23,811 bases of DNA from an uncultured virus (IMG/VR IMGVR_UViG_3300044641_006743) (taxonomy: Duplodnaviria; Heunggongvirae; Uroviricota; Caudoviricetes). The stretch lies in IMG/VR virus record IMGVR_UViG_3300044641_006743; one strand, given 5' to 3'. The notes beneath the pieces were generated by a model. That model had not been told where the DNA came from. It saw only the letters and a list, made by a program, of their open reading frames with translations, and ran no database searches. The position numbers were made by a program, and so were the translations under genes. Every line of letters starts with the position of its first letter. Positions within the stretch are counted from its first letter, which is position 1. Below, in pieces: positions 1 to 7,567 of this stretch.

Positions 1-2
1 AC

Positions 3-740
3 GCCCCCCAATCCCAACCGGCGGAAGCCCAGAGCAATCCGTGGGAATCGGCGTTCAACAAGGTGGTGAACCTGCTGAGCGCACCAGTTCAATCCCCATT
101 CCAGGGTCAACCATCAGCGCCGACGACGACCTACGCCCCGGCCAATTACGGTTCGACCAGCAGCCCAGCTACGCAACCATCGGCTCCGCAGACCTGGTCA
201 ACCAACCAGGCTTACTCGCCCAGCTATTCCCCAACCTCCTCGGAGGGTCTGAGCCTGGAAAGCCAACAGGTTCTCGAAGCGTTCGGAAGCGAAGCTCCCG
301 CAATTCTAAATAATTACGCCCTTCAGCTCGAAGGTCTGCTGGACAGTGCTGTTGCCTGGGGCCAGGAAATGACCGAAACCCTCAAGCAATATGCTGAGTT
401 TGCCACCAACGAGCACACCGAGAATCTGGCTTACAACGAGATTCTGACCAACCCCGATGTGCTCAGCGATTACACGCTGCGCTTCTTCGGTCCTGAAGGT
501 CCGTATCCCGTGCACGAAGGTGAAGCAGATCTGGAAGCTTACGGTTACCCAACCGAAGAAGTGAACCCAGCTGCTTATGGTGAGTTCCCAGCTCCCCCTG
601 CTGCAGCTGCTCCCCAGCAACCTGCCAACTTCTGGGGCACCTTTAACGAAATGATGGCGCGTGATCCTCAGAATGCATGGCGTGTTCTGAACCAGGCTCA
701 GCCCAACGTTGTGTCCAACAAACTCTTTGTGATGGAGTGA
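3..740 (+). CDS. Putative capsid scaffolding/assembly protein (5'-partial)
   Basis: The frame is open from the window edge (APQSQPAEAQSNPWESAFNKVVNLL...), so the true start lies upstream of the tracked 63. It is P/Q/S-rich and acidic, uses highly expressed-type codons and lies upstream of the MCP. Function is inferred from position and composition. Confidence 0.55.
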   Translation, partial: APQSQPAEAQSNPWESAFNKVVNLLSAPVQSPFQGQPSAPTTTYAPANYGSTSSPATQPSAPQTWSTNQAYSPSYSPTSSEGLSLESQQVLEAFGSEAPAILNNYALQLEGLLDSAVAWGQEMTETLKQYAEFATNEHTENLAYNEILTNPDVLSDYTLRFFGPEGPYPVHEGEADLEAYGYPTEEVNPAAYGEFPAPPAAAAPQQPANFWGTFNEMMARDPQNAWRVLNQAQPNVVSNKLFVME

Positions 741-745
741 GGCAA

Positions 746-1279
746 ATGCAACCATTAGGACAACGTCGTCCTTTGCTTGCATATGGAGTCCCCGCTGCTG
801 CCGGTCTGGTAGCTGGCGGGGCTCTTGCCGCACAGGGCGAAGATCCCGGTAGTGCACTTCTTGGCGGCGTTGCCGCTGGCCTCGGTGCTCGTGGTGCTTT
901 AGGTGCCGCACGTCTTGCTGGTAAATATGCTGGACCTGCTCGTGCTGCGCTTGCATCAAAAGCAATCGAAGGACTTGGTGCCGTTGGTGCCAACGCTCCA
1001 GCCGGTAGCAAGCGTGCTGCAATGGCACGTACTGCGATGGGACCTTTGGCTGATCTTATTAACAAAGGGATTGGCCCAGAAACAGCCGCTGCTGTTGGCG
1101 TCCCACTTGCCGCTGGTATGGCCGGTCTTGGCGGTGTTGCTGCTGGTGCTGGCCTCGGTGCTTTAGGTATTCCAGGTTTCCAGCAGGGCATGGCTATCGA
1201 TCCAGAAGGCTACAGCTCTAATAACACCCCAAGCGCACAATTCGGCGTCAAATCGCTTGCATCCACACAATATGTGTGA
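746..1279 (+). CDS. Gly/Ala-rich hydrophobic hypothetical protein (virion or membrane associated)
   Basis: ATG at 746 follows GGAGTGAGG overlapping the previous stop. The protein MQPLGQRRPLLAYGVPAAAGLVAGGALAA... has several GxxxG-rich hydrophobic segments. Confidence 0.65.
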   Translation: MQPLGQRRPLLAYGVPAAAGLVAGGALAAQGEDPGSALLGGVAAGLGARGALGAARLAGKYAGPARAALASKAIEGLGAVGANAPAGSKRAAMARTAMGPLADLINKGIGPETAAAVGVPLAAGMAGLGGVAAGAGLGALGIPGFQQGMAIDPEGYSSNNTPSAQFGVKSLASTQYV

Positions 1280-1294
1280 TGTAAGTTAAGTACC

Positions 1295-1303
1295 TGCTAA
1301 AAT
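1295..1303 (+). promoter_or_regulatory. Extended -10 promoter for the capsid operon (TGc-TAAAAT)
   Basis: TGCTAAAAT in an AT-rich intergenic gap, followed by a hairpin (1311-1335) and an SD at 1361. Confidence 0.55.
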
Positions 1304-1310
1304 TTGTGTT

Positions 1311-1335
1311 AGATAAGACACACGTGTCTTTATCT
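1311..1335 (+). promoter_or_regulatory. 5'-UTR hairpin of the MCP transcript
   Basis: Inverted repeat AGATAAGACAC / GTGTCTTTATCT beginning at the expected transcription start. Confidence 0.5.
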
Positions 1336-1375
1336 TTCACCCGATAAAAACACTGACACTGGAGGATAAACCAAG

Positions 1376-1387
1376 GTGTTTATTGAT
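1376..1387 (+). CDS. Major capsid protein, exon 1 (MFID)
   Basis: SD GGAGG at 1361-1365, then GTG TTT ATT GAT. It ends in U as required at a group I 5' splice site and joins in frame to AAC GAC TTT at 2212. Confidence 0.85.
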
Positions 1388-2211
1388 AGCTAGTTCAGAT
1401 CCTGGTAGGTATGACCTTTCAAGATTTGGTAAATAGCTCCGTGGTTACAGTCAAACTTTTCAGCAATCTTTCGATACGAGAGTCCTGCTTCCTTTAGAGC
1501 TTTGATCTGAGCCACGTCTTCCGAAGAAAACTTTCTCAAAGTCTTTTTCGGTTTCCCTTTACTGGCAAAGCCATTGTTTTTATAACAACCGGTTTTCCAG
1601 GCTCTTGTTAAATTTTCTTGTTTGGTAACGATCTCAAGATTGTCAAGTCGATTATTTCTCTTGTCATTATCTTTGTGATCAACTTGAAGGGAAAAGTTAC
1701 TGGTTCCATGAGAACGCAGATCTAATCCCAAAAAAGCTACAGCCATCAAGACGTGAAGATGAAAACGTTTCCTCTTCCCATCAACAAGAACTGAAACACG
1801 GTCATAAACACTGGTTGAACGAGTAGGGATCTCTTGAAAATATTCTTGATTATCGGGATCAAGTTGTTTTTCAAAAGCCTTCCCCTCTTCCGTTAAGTAA
1901 AGATTACCAAATCCAGGAACAAGCTTCGGATTCATGTTGTTCATAAACAAGTTTCCAAAGCGTAGCATGCCTCAACTGAACGCTCAACGTTGTCACCCCA
2001 CCGAGCAATCGATGGGTGCAAACCGGATGAATTCAGGGAAGCCCTAACGTCAAGACGAGGGTAATCCTGAGCCAAGCCAATCAAGCGTGATTGGAAGGTG
2101 CAGAGACTACTGGGTGTAACACGACCTTGTTACGTAATACCAGATTTAGCGTCCGGCATCCCACAGGGATGAAGAGATAGTCCACCCCTCTAAGAAACTA
2201 GAGACCAGGAG
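1388..2211 (+). ncRNA. Group I self-splicing intron (824 nt) in the major capsid gene
   Basis: Core elements: P AATTCAGGGAA 2030-2040, Q AATCCTGAGC 2063-2072, R GTGCAGAGACTA 2098-2109, S AAGAGATAGTCC 2172-2183. Pairings: P3 CCGGATG 2023-2029/CGTCCGG 2150-2156, P7 GACTA/TAGTC, P8 CATCCC/GGGATG, P9 CTCTA/TAGAG. Terminal G at 2211. IGS CGTTGTCA 1988-1995 is complementary to the ligated exons TGAT|AACG with the G.U pair at the splice site. Confidence 0.93.
1390..1944 (-). CDS. Intron-encoded HNH homing endonuclease (HNH_3 / I-HmuI-like core with C-terminal HTH), antisense to the intron
   Basis: Motifs HVLMAVAFLG...QVDHKDNDKRNNRLDNLEIVTKQEN and C-terminal LSYRKIAEKFDCNHGAIYQILKG. The DNA is visibly AT-richer than the flanks. 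Start is either 1968 (track) or ATG 1944, which is favoured by a minus-strand TGc-TACGCT element at 1967-1959. Confidence 0.85.
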   Translation of the reverse strand: MNNMNPKLVPGFGNLYLTEEGKAFEKQLDPDNQEYFQEIPTRSTSVYDRVSVLVDGKRKRFHLHVLMAVAFLGLDLRSHGTSNFSLQVDHKDNDKRNNRLDNLEIVTKQENLTRAWKTGCYKNNGFASKGKPKKTLRKFSSEDVAQIKALKEAGLSYRKIAEKFDCNHGAIYQILKGHTYQDLN

Positions 2212-3369
2212 AACGACTTTCCAAAGATTCTTGGTGCGGAACTTTACCGTCCCCACCCTGCTTACATTGCTGAAATGGCAGTGGAGCCCGTGGTTGTCCA
2301 CGACTTCACCCGTCAGCCCGGTCAAACCGTTCAGTTAGACCGCTACAAGTTCTGGGGTACCCCTGGCACCAAGGATAGCCGGGAGCGTATCGCTGACCAG
2401 ACCATTGGTACTGCCAACAGCCGCAACATCACCAAAGAGAAGGTGTTGGTTGTGTTGAAAGAGTACACCGGCCCTGCAGATCCGGGTGATCCGACCCAGC
2501 CTTCGACCTTCAAGATCGCTCGTGAAACTCTGATTACCGCCCAGCGCCTGCTGCTGGACACCGGTAACCTCAACATGTTCCACCAGTCGATCGGCAGCCT
2601 GACCCTGCTCGATGACTATCGCCGCTGGCGTGACCGCGTGTTCATTGATGAACTCGCCAAAGCCGAAGCCAATGGTGAAGCTTCCAGCACCCAGGGTGGT
2701 TACTACTTCCCCGGTGGCAAAACCAAAGCTGCCAACGGTTCGATTTCTTACACCGCTGCTGAATACACCGCTCAGGTGCAGCAGTTCCAGGTGCGTACCG
2801 ATCTTCTGACCGTTGTTAAGGACCTGCGTAAGCGCAACGTTCCTACCTTCGCTGATGGTCTGTATCGTTGCATCTGCGATCCCACTTTCATGATGCACCT
2901 GCGTCGTGATCCTGACTTCCGTGAGATCGCTCGTTACAGCGGCAACCCTGGCCAAGGCATGTACATGGGCAACCCCATGATGCCTAACAACGCCAGCTTC
3001 TACATGGGTCCCCAAGCAGGTCAGGGTTACTTCCTGGCTGGTGAGCCCGTGATGCCGACCGGCGTTCAGTTTGAAGGCGTGAAGTTCTTCGAGTCGACCA
3101 ACTTCCCGACCAAGACTGTGTCTGCCACCTTCGCTAGCGATGGTGCTAACACCTTCTCTAACCAAGAAGTTGCTCAAGGTTACTTCTTCGGTCCTCAGTC
3201 GATTGGTGTTGGTATCGGCGGCCCGAACGCTCAGGTGCTGATCAACAACAACGATGATTTCAGCCGCTTTATCATTCTGATTTGGCAACTGTATGCTGGT
3301 TTCGAAATCCTGAACAAGGACTTTGTTACCACCGCATTCAGCTTCGTGTCTGATGACGGCGCCATCTGA
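2212..3369 (+). CDS. Major capsid protein, exon 2 (spliced product 389 aa)
   Basis: The frame is open from 2212 (NDFPKILGAELYRPHPAYIAE-MAVEP...), 21 codons before the tracked ATG 2275, which lacks an SD. Strong codon bias, size, a PGQTVQLDRY motif resembling N4-gp56-like HK97-fold capsids and position after a scaffold-like gene support the call. Confidence 0.82.
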   Translation, partial: NDFPKILGAELYRPHPAYIAEMAVEPVVVHDFTRQPGQTVQLDRYKFWGTPGTKDSRERIADQTIGTANSRNITKEKVLVVLKEYTGPADPGDPTQPSTFKIARETLITAQRLLLDTGNLNMFHQSIGSLTLLDDYRRWRDRVFIDELAKAEANGEASSTQGGYYFPGGKTKAANGSISYTAAEYTAQVQQFQVRTDLLTVVKDLRKRNVPTFADGLYRCICDPTFMMHLRRDPDFREIARYSGNPGQGMYMGNPMMPNNASFYMGPQAGQGYFLAGEPVMPTGVQFEGVKFFESTNFPTKTVSATFASDGANTFSNQEVAQGYFFGPQSIGVGIGGPNAQVLINNNDDFSRFIILIWQLYAGFEILNKDFVTTAFSFVSDDGAI

Positions 3370-3402
3370 TAAAGATATAAATCCAACTTAAAGGAGAAAT
3401 AA

Positions 3403-4209
3403 ATGTCCTACTTGTCTTCCAAAAAGATCTATCCAGGTAACTGGACCAACGCCCTGAACGGCTGGTACAAGAACATTGATACCAACGACAACGGTACCAA
3501 TGATGCTTCCAAGGGCGGCCCCACCTCGGTGCTGGCCGTCCCCGGCTATCGCTATTTCCAGCAGCGTGGTTACGTTGCTGTGGCTTGGGCCTCTGGTGAT
3601 GCCGCCACCAAGGGTCAGACCATGGATGTGATCGTTCCTTCGCCTTACCGCCAGGACGACACCCGCCCCGACATCACCGGCATGGTGATCTCTGGCAGCT
3701 CCACCCAGCCTGCTTTCGTGTATCGCGCTGCGATCTCAGTTGCTTCTGGTTGGGGTGATGGTCGTGTTGCCACCGGCATTTATGCCGCCACTGGTAACGT
3801 CATCACCTTCGGTCGCAATGACAGCGGCCCTGTGGCTGTGACTGGCGTGGGTGAGCCTATTGCTCAGGCCAACCTGACCTCCACCGTTTCCGGTGATGCT
3901 TCGGCCAAGATTGTGTTTGCTGCTGGCTCCCAGGCCCTCAGCTCTACTCCTTTCCTGACCGCAACTGGTGCCACTGGCGTTGGTCCTTCCGGCGTCTACA
4001 AGTCTCTGACTGCTGCTACCACCTTCAAGGTGTTCGCTCGCGGTACTACCACTGACACTGGCGTGTCTGGTGGTGTGTATCTGGCTGATGCTGACAACAA
4101 CGCCGGCCTGAAAGGTTACCTGGTGGTTGAAGTCTGCTACATCCAGCCTGATGACGCACCTGGCTACGAAGATATCGAAGAGTATATCCTCGGCCGCACT
4201 GTTAGCTGA
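3403..4209 (+). CDS. Abundant structural protein, probably capsid decoration or minor capsid protein
   Basis: Strong SD AAGGAGA, MCP-like codon bias, G/T/A/S-rich beta-type composition and position directly after the MCP. Confidence 0.55.
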   Translation: MSYLSSKKIYPGNWTNALNGWYKNIDTNDNGTNDASKGGPTSVLAVPGYRYFQQRGYVAVAWASGDAATKGQTMDVIVPSPYRQDDTRPDITGMVISGSSTQPAFVYRAAISVASGWGDGRVATGIYAATGNVITFGRNDSGPVAVTGVGEPIAQANLTSTVSGDASAKIVFAAGSQALSSTPFLTATGATGVGPSGVYKSLTAATTFKVFARGTTTDTGVSGGVYLADADNNAGLKGYLVVEVCYIQPDDAPGYEDIEEYILGRTVS

Positions 4210-4250
4210 TTAGGTTAAACTAGGACCAGAAATTAAAACATCTGGTCCTT

Positions 4251-4661
4251 ATGCTTTACCAGCACCGCAAAACTGGCGCTCGCGTCAAAGTTGTAAGCGA
4301 ATGGGATAACGGCGATTGGTTCATGGTTGAAGACCAGGACGGTCGCCTTTATACCGCCTACAAGAATGAATTGACCCCTGACGAAGCTGCAACCAAAAAA
4401 GTTGCTACTCTTCAGGTTAAGGATAAGGCAGCCCAAGAAGAGCCTCGTACTTTCCCACCCGAAACACGTTTAAACATCAATACCGCTACCGCTCAAATGA
4501 TCGCTGATCACATTAAGGGTATCGGCCTTAAGACAGCTCGAGAGATCAAAGATCTTCAGATGTCCTTATCGGGTGAGAAGTTTAATAGTCTTGAGCAGTT
4601 AAAACAAATTAAGCGTGTGGATTGGAACGCCGTGCTTGCCGCCGACTTAATCAGGGTTTAA
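4251..4661 (+). CDS. Helix-hairpin-helix (ComEA-like HhH) DNA-binding protein with a small N-terminal beta domain
   Basis: RLNINTATAQMIADHIKGIGLKTAREI...FNSLEQLKQIKRV matches the ComEA/HHH_3 pattern (INxAxxxxLxxLPGIGxxxAxxI...FxSxxxLxxV). Confidence 0.75.
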   Translation: MLYQHRKTGARVKVVSEWDNGDWFMVEDQDGRLYTAYKNELTPDEAATKKVATLQVKDKAAQEEPRTFPPETRLNINTATAQMIADHIKGIGLKTAREIKDLQMSLSGEKFNSLEQLKQIKRVDWNAVLAADLIRV

Positions 4662-4680
4662 TCCATTTCACAAAGGAAGG

Positions 4681-4704
4681 CCCCTGGGAGACCAGGGGTT
4701 TTTT
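4681..4704 (+). terminator. Rho-independent terminator closing the head operon
   Basis: CCCCTGG-GAGA-CCAGGGG followed by TTTTTT. Confidence 0.88.
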
Positions 4705-4730
4705 CGTTTTAAAATAAAAAGAAAAAGATA

Positions 4731-5402
4731 ATGGCTGGTATTCAGTACTTTGGTCAAGTTGGCTCAACCGGCGTATCAACCGGTCCGCATAAACATGTTT
4801 ATGTAAAAGAACTTGCGACTGGAAAGTATCTTGACCCAGCAACAATTCGTACGCCACTACTTGGTTTGCGTATTGGTGAAAAGAAAATACCTGCGTTAAT
4901 TAAAACTGCAGACGGTAAGATTGACTTCAATCCGGCTGCTGGGATTACTTTAACTTCGAGGTATGGTCCACGCAGTGCTCCAACTGCAGGAGCTAGTTCT
5001 TTTCACCGTGGAGAGGATTGGGCTCTTCCAGAGGGTACTCCCATTTACTATGAAGGCGGCGGCAAGTTCATACCTAAATCCAACCAAGGTGGCTACGGTA
5101 ATCTCGCAACCCTGGTTACAGGAGACAATAAGTATGAAATCGGCTTGGGTCACATGAAGACGCTGGGAGGTGCGTCTGAGCTTCCAGCAACGACCCTACC
5201 ACTTGACCAACAATCCCCTGGTACCAGTGGAGATGATCTTTCAACTCTGATGTCACTTCTTCAGTTGACCAAACCCCGTCAAAAAACAGTTCAAGAATCT
5301 TTGCTTGAGCAATCACTTGGCGAATTACTTACTCCCAAGCAGAGCATGGCCCAACAATTTTTGATGGAGTATATGAACTCTCCAATCCCAGGTGCCGCTT
5401 AA
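4731..5402 (+). CDS. M23-family metallopeptidase, circularly permuted
   Basis: GQVGSTGVSTGPHKH (HxH) at the N-terminus, then TSRYGPR...FHRGEDW (HxxxD), GTPIY, GGYGN and GHM motifs. Confidence 0.8.
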   Translation: MAGIQYFGQVGSTGVSTGPHKHVYVKELATGKYLDPATIRTPLLGLRIGEKKIPALIKTADGKIDFNPAAGITLTSRYGPRSAPTAGASSFHRGEDWALPEGTPIYYEGGGKFIPKSNQGGYGNLATLVTGDNKYEIGLGHMKTLGGASELPATTLPLDQQSPGTSGDDLSTLMSLLQLTKPRQKTVQESLLEQSLGELLTPKQSMAQQFLMEYMNSPIPGAA

Positions 5403-5441
5403 GTTGATACATTTATAATTAAACTATAACGAAAGGTAGAC

Positions 5442-5903
5442 GTGCAATTATCGGAATTTGATAAAAGCAGAGTCAGGTATCACCTGGGCTACTTTACCGT
5501 GTCTGTTCCAGCGGGTGACTATTCCCGCCTGGAAGAAGCTATGAATACGGTTCCGGATTCATACTTCTATGACAAGGTTGTTATTCAGCTCGGCCGTTGT
5601 GATACGGCGGAGAAGAAAACCGAAGTTGCATCGACACCTTCTACACGAATTGAAAGCATCCTCGGTGACGTGGATCGTACAATTCGTTCAAGCAATGCCA
5701 AGGAAGCATTAAAGGTTTGGGACGAGATTTATCTTTACGAAACCAACCGTCTTGCTGGCATCCTCTACGTTCCTAACTATAAAGATCCATTTCAGGCTCG
5801 TTACCGTTATGAACGCTCAGGTGCGGAGTTTATTCAAGCTTTACCTGGTCCTGCTGATACTGCAGTGGGTTCTCGTATTTACCTTCATGAAGTTTGGCGT
5901 TAA
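5442..5903 (+). CDS. Conserved phage protein, possibly head completion/connector
   Basis: GTG start with SD-like AAAGGT and an upstream TATAAT. It is a 153-aa helical-looking protein in the morphogenesis region. Function is inferred from position only. Confidence 0.5.
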   Translation: MQLSEFDKSRVRYHLGYFTVSVPAGDYSRLEEAMNTVPDSYFYDKVVIQLGRCDTAEKKTEVASTPSTRIESILGDVDRTIRSSNAKEALKVWDEIYLYETNRLAGILYVPNYKDPFQARYRYERSGAEFIQALPGPADTAVGSRIYLHEVWR

Positions 5904-5905
5904 TC

Positions 5906-6727
5906 ATGGCCATTGATATCTTTAAGGCTATCCAGAACGCAGGTGTTGTCTCCCCTGTCTTCCAGCGCCCACAAGCCAAGGCAAAATCTTTTGTAGAGAC
6001 AGCTGCTGCATCTGCGCCTGCTTCCTCTCTTTTCAAGTGGCCAGTACAAAAGGCTCCATACGGCGCTGCACCTGGCGCCCAACCACAAACGCTTGCCTCG
6101 GTTTCTGATCCGTTGGAACGCGCATATCTTGAAGAAAAGAGTCGTGTAGCTCAGCTGGCAGCACAAAACCCAGACCTTCAGCGTTACGAAGCAGCACGCA
6201 AGATTGCTGCAGCACAGAACGCTACGCCTGAGCAAGTGCAGTCTGCAGAAGATATCGGGATGCAGATGTGGGCAAAAGCCAATCCTGAACTCGCCAAGCG
6301 CGTCAAGCCTGGTCAATCTGGTTACGACGTTATTCAGGGTGTTATCAATGCAGGCGCCATGGGTGCGCCGGCAGATTTACCCTTCAACCCAGCATCCCTC
6401 CTGGGGACCAACGCAACACAAACCATCCCCAGCTATGCGGGCGCATCTGATCTGCAGCCGATTGGTACTCCACTTCCTCAAACACAGTTCAACACACCTC
6501 AAAACCAAATCCAAGCCCAGATGTTTAATCGCTTTATGAGCGGACAAGGACAACCTCCCGTGGCACCGCCTCCTACTAGCCCGGCGGAAGCAACTTATGC
6601 AGGCGCCACAAACGTTCAGCCTGTAGGCGGTATTTCCCTGGAGCCCTTCTCCTTCAGTACTCCTGCCGAAAAGCGCCGCGGTGATCTCTTCCAACAGCTT
6701 TTGAATAGCACGTTGTCTGTACAGTAA
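5906..6727 (+). CDS. Ala/Pro/Gln-rich hypothetical protein (possible internal virion protein)
   Basis: ATG 5906 lies just after the previous stop. The protein is low-complexity with an internal repeat SYAGASDLQPIG / TYAGATNVQPVG. Confidence 0.6.
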   Translation: MAIDIFKAIQNAGVVSPVFQRPQAKAKSFVETAAASAPASSLFKWPVQKAPYGAAPGAQPQTLASVSDPLERAYLEEKSRVAQLAAQNPDLQRYEAARKIAAAQNATPEQVQSAEDIGMQMWAKANPELAKRVKPGQSGYDVIQGVINAGAMGAPADLPFNPASLLGTNATQTIPSYAGASDLQPIGTPLPQTQFNTPQNQIQAQMFNRFMSGQGQPPVAPPPTSPAEATYAGATNVQPVGGISLEPFSFSTPAEKRRGDLFQQLLNSTLSVQ

Positions 6728-6816
6728 GTCAAATCTGGCATTGCTTTGCATGTAAGCCCAGCCGACTGGACACAAATCTTTTGATTTACGGGGGCCAGTG
6801 TTGTTGCTTTAAACCC

Positions 6817-6933
6817 ATGATTCTCTGTCCCAAGTTTGTTAAACGAACCCTGACCCACCTCGCAACAGTACTAACGCTTCAAACAGTATTTGTTCCCGCA
6901 CTCAGGGCAAGTTCAAACTGGGTAGCAAGTTAA
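6817..6933 (+). CDS. Small 38-aa ORF resembling a signal peptide
   Basis: [38 protein letters not shown]. It fills the gap before the transglycosylase and has the same AAACCCATG start context as that gene. Confidence 0.45.
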   Translation: MILCPKFVKRTLTHLATVLTLQTVFVPALRASSNWVAS

Positions 6934-6943
6934 CAAGAAACCC

Positions 6944-7567
6944 ATGTCCTACAACACCGAACAACTAAAAGAAATTGCGCGGCAGAAAGCCCGTGATTTT
7001 GGTGTCAATGAAGACATCTTCTTGAAGCTTGTACAGAAGGAATCCGGCTGGAACCCACAAGCTAAGAGCAGCGCTGGTGCCATGGGCCTTGTTCAGCTCA
7101 TGCCTGGGACAGCACAAGGTCTTGGTGTTTCCAATCCCTATGACCCTGTACAGAGCTTGACGGGTGGTGCTCGTTATCTGAGCCAACAACTCAAGCGCTT
7201 TGGTTCCTATGACAAAGCACTGGCAGCCTATAACGCGGGTCCGGGCAATGTCGAACGATACGGAGGCATTCCTCCCTTCAAGGAAACACAGAACTACGTC
7301 AAGAACATTCTTGGTGGAGCTAATGTGGCTGCCCCAAAACCAGCGGTACAGGCACAGGAAGCATCCGGATCTAGCGTTCAAGATTTCTTGAAGGGATTCT
7401 TGTTGCAGAATTTCCTGCTCAATGACCAAAGTGTTGTTCCATCTTTGGGAGAACAGTTATTTAAAACTGCTCTCCAGCGTCCAATGACACAGATGGAAAC
7501 CGATACGGCAACGGCGTCCCTTTACACCCCTAGGACGCCATTCCTGGAATCACTGACTCAGTTTTGA
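6944..7567 (+). CDS. Lytic transglycosylase (SLT domain)
   Basis: Canonical SLT motifs: [43 protein letters not shown] and [10 protein letters not shown]. Confidence 0.93.
   Translation: MSYNTEQLKEIARQKARDFGVNEDIFLKLVQKESGWNPQAKSSAGAMGLVQLMPGTAQGLGVSNPYDPVQSLTGGARYLSQQLKRFGSYDKALAAYNAGPGNVERYGGIPPFKETQNYVKNILGGANVAAPKPAVQAQEASGSSVQDFLKGFLLQNFLLNDQSVVPSLGEQLFKTALQRPMTQMETDTATASLYTPRTPFLESLTQF

Noticed and set aside
306..1191. Long minus-strand ORFs 306-1028 and 643-1191
   Set aside because: They fully overlap better-supported plus-strand genes and look like shadow translations.
2275..2277. ATG 2275 as the MCP start
   Set aside because: It has no SD, the frame is open upstream to the intron's terminal G, and an SD-led exon 1 exists at 1376.
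2335..3288. 317-aa minus-strand ORF
   Set aside because: Antisense shadow of the strongly codon-biased MCP, with no motifs.
4251..4661. PsbU (photosystem II) assignment for the HhH protein
   Set aside because: No signal peptide, and the motif and context fit a generic ComEA-like HhH better.
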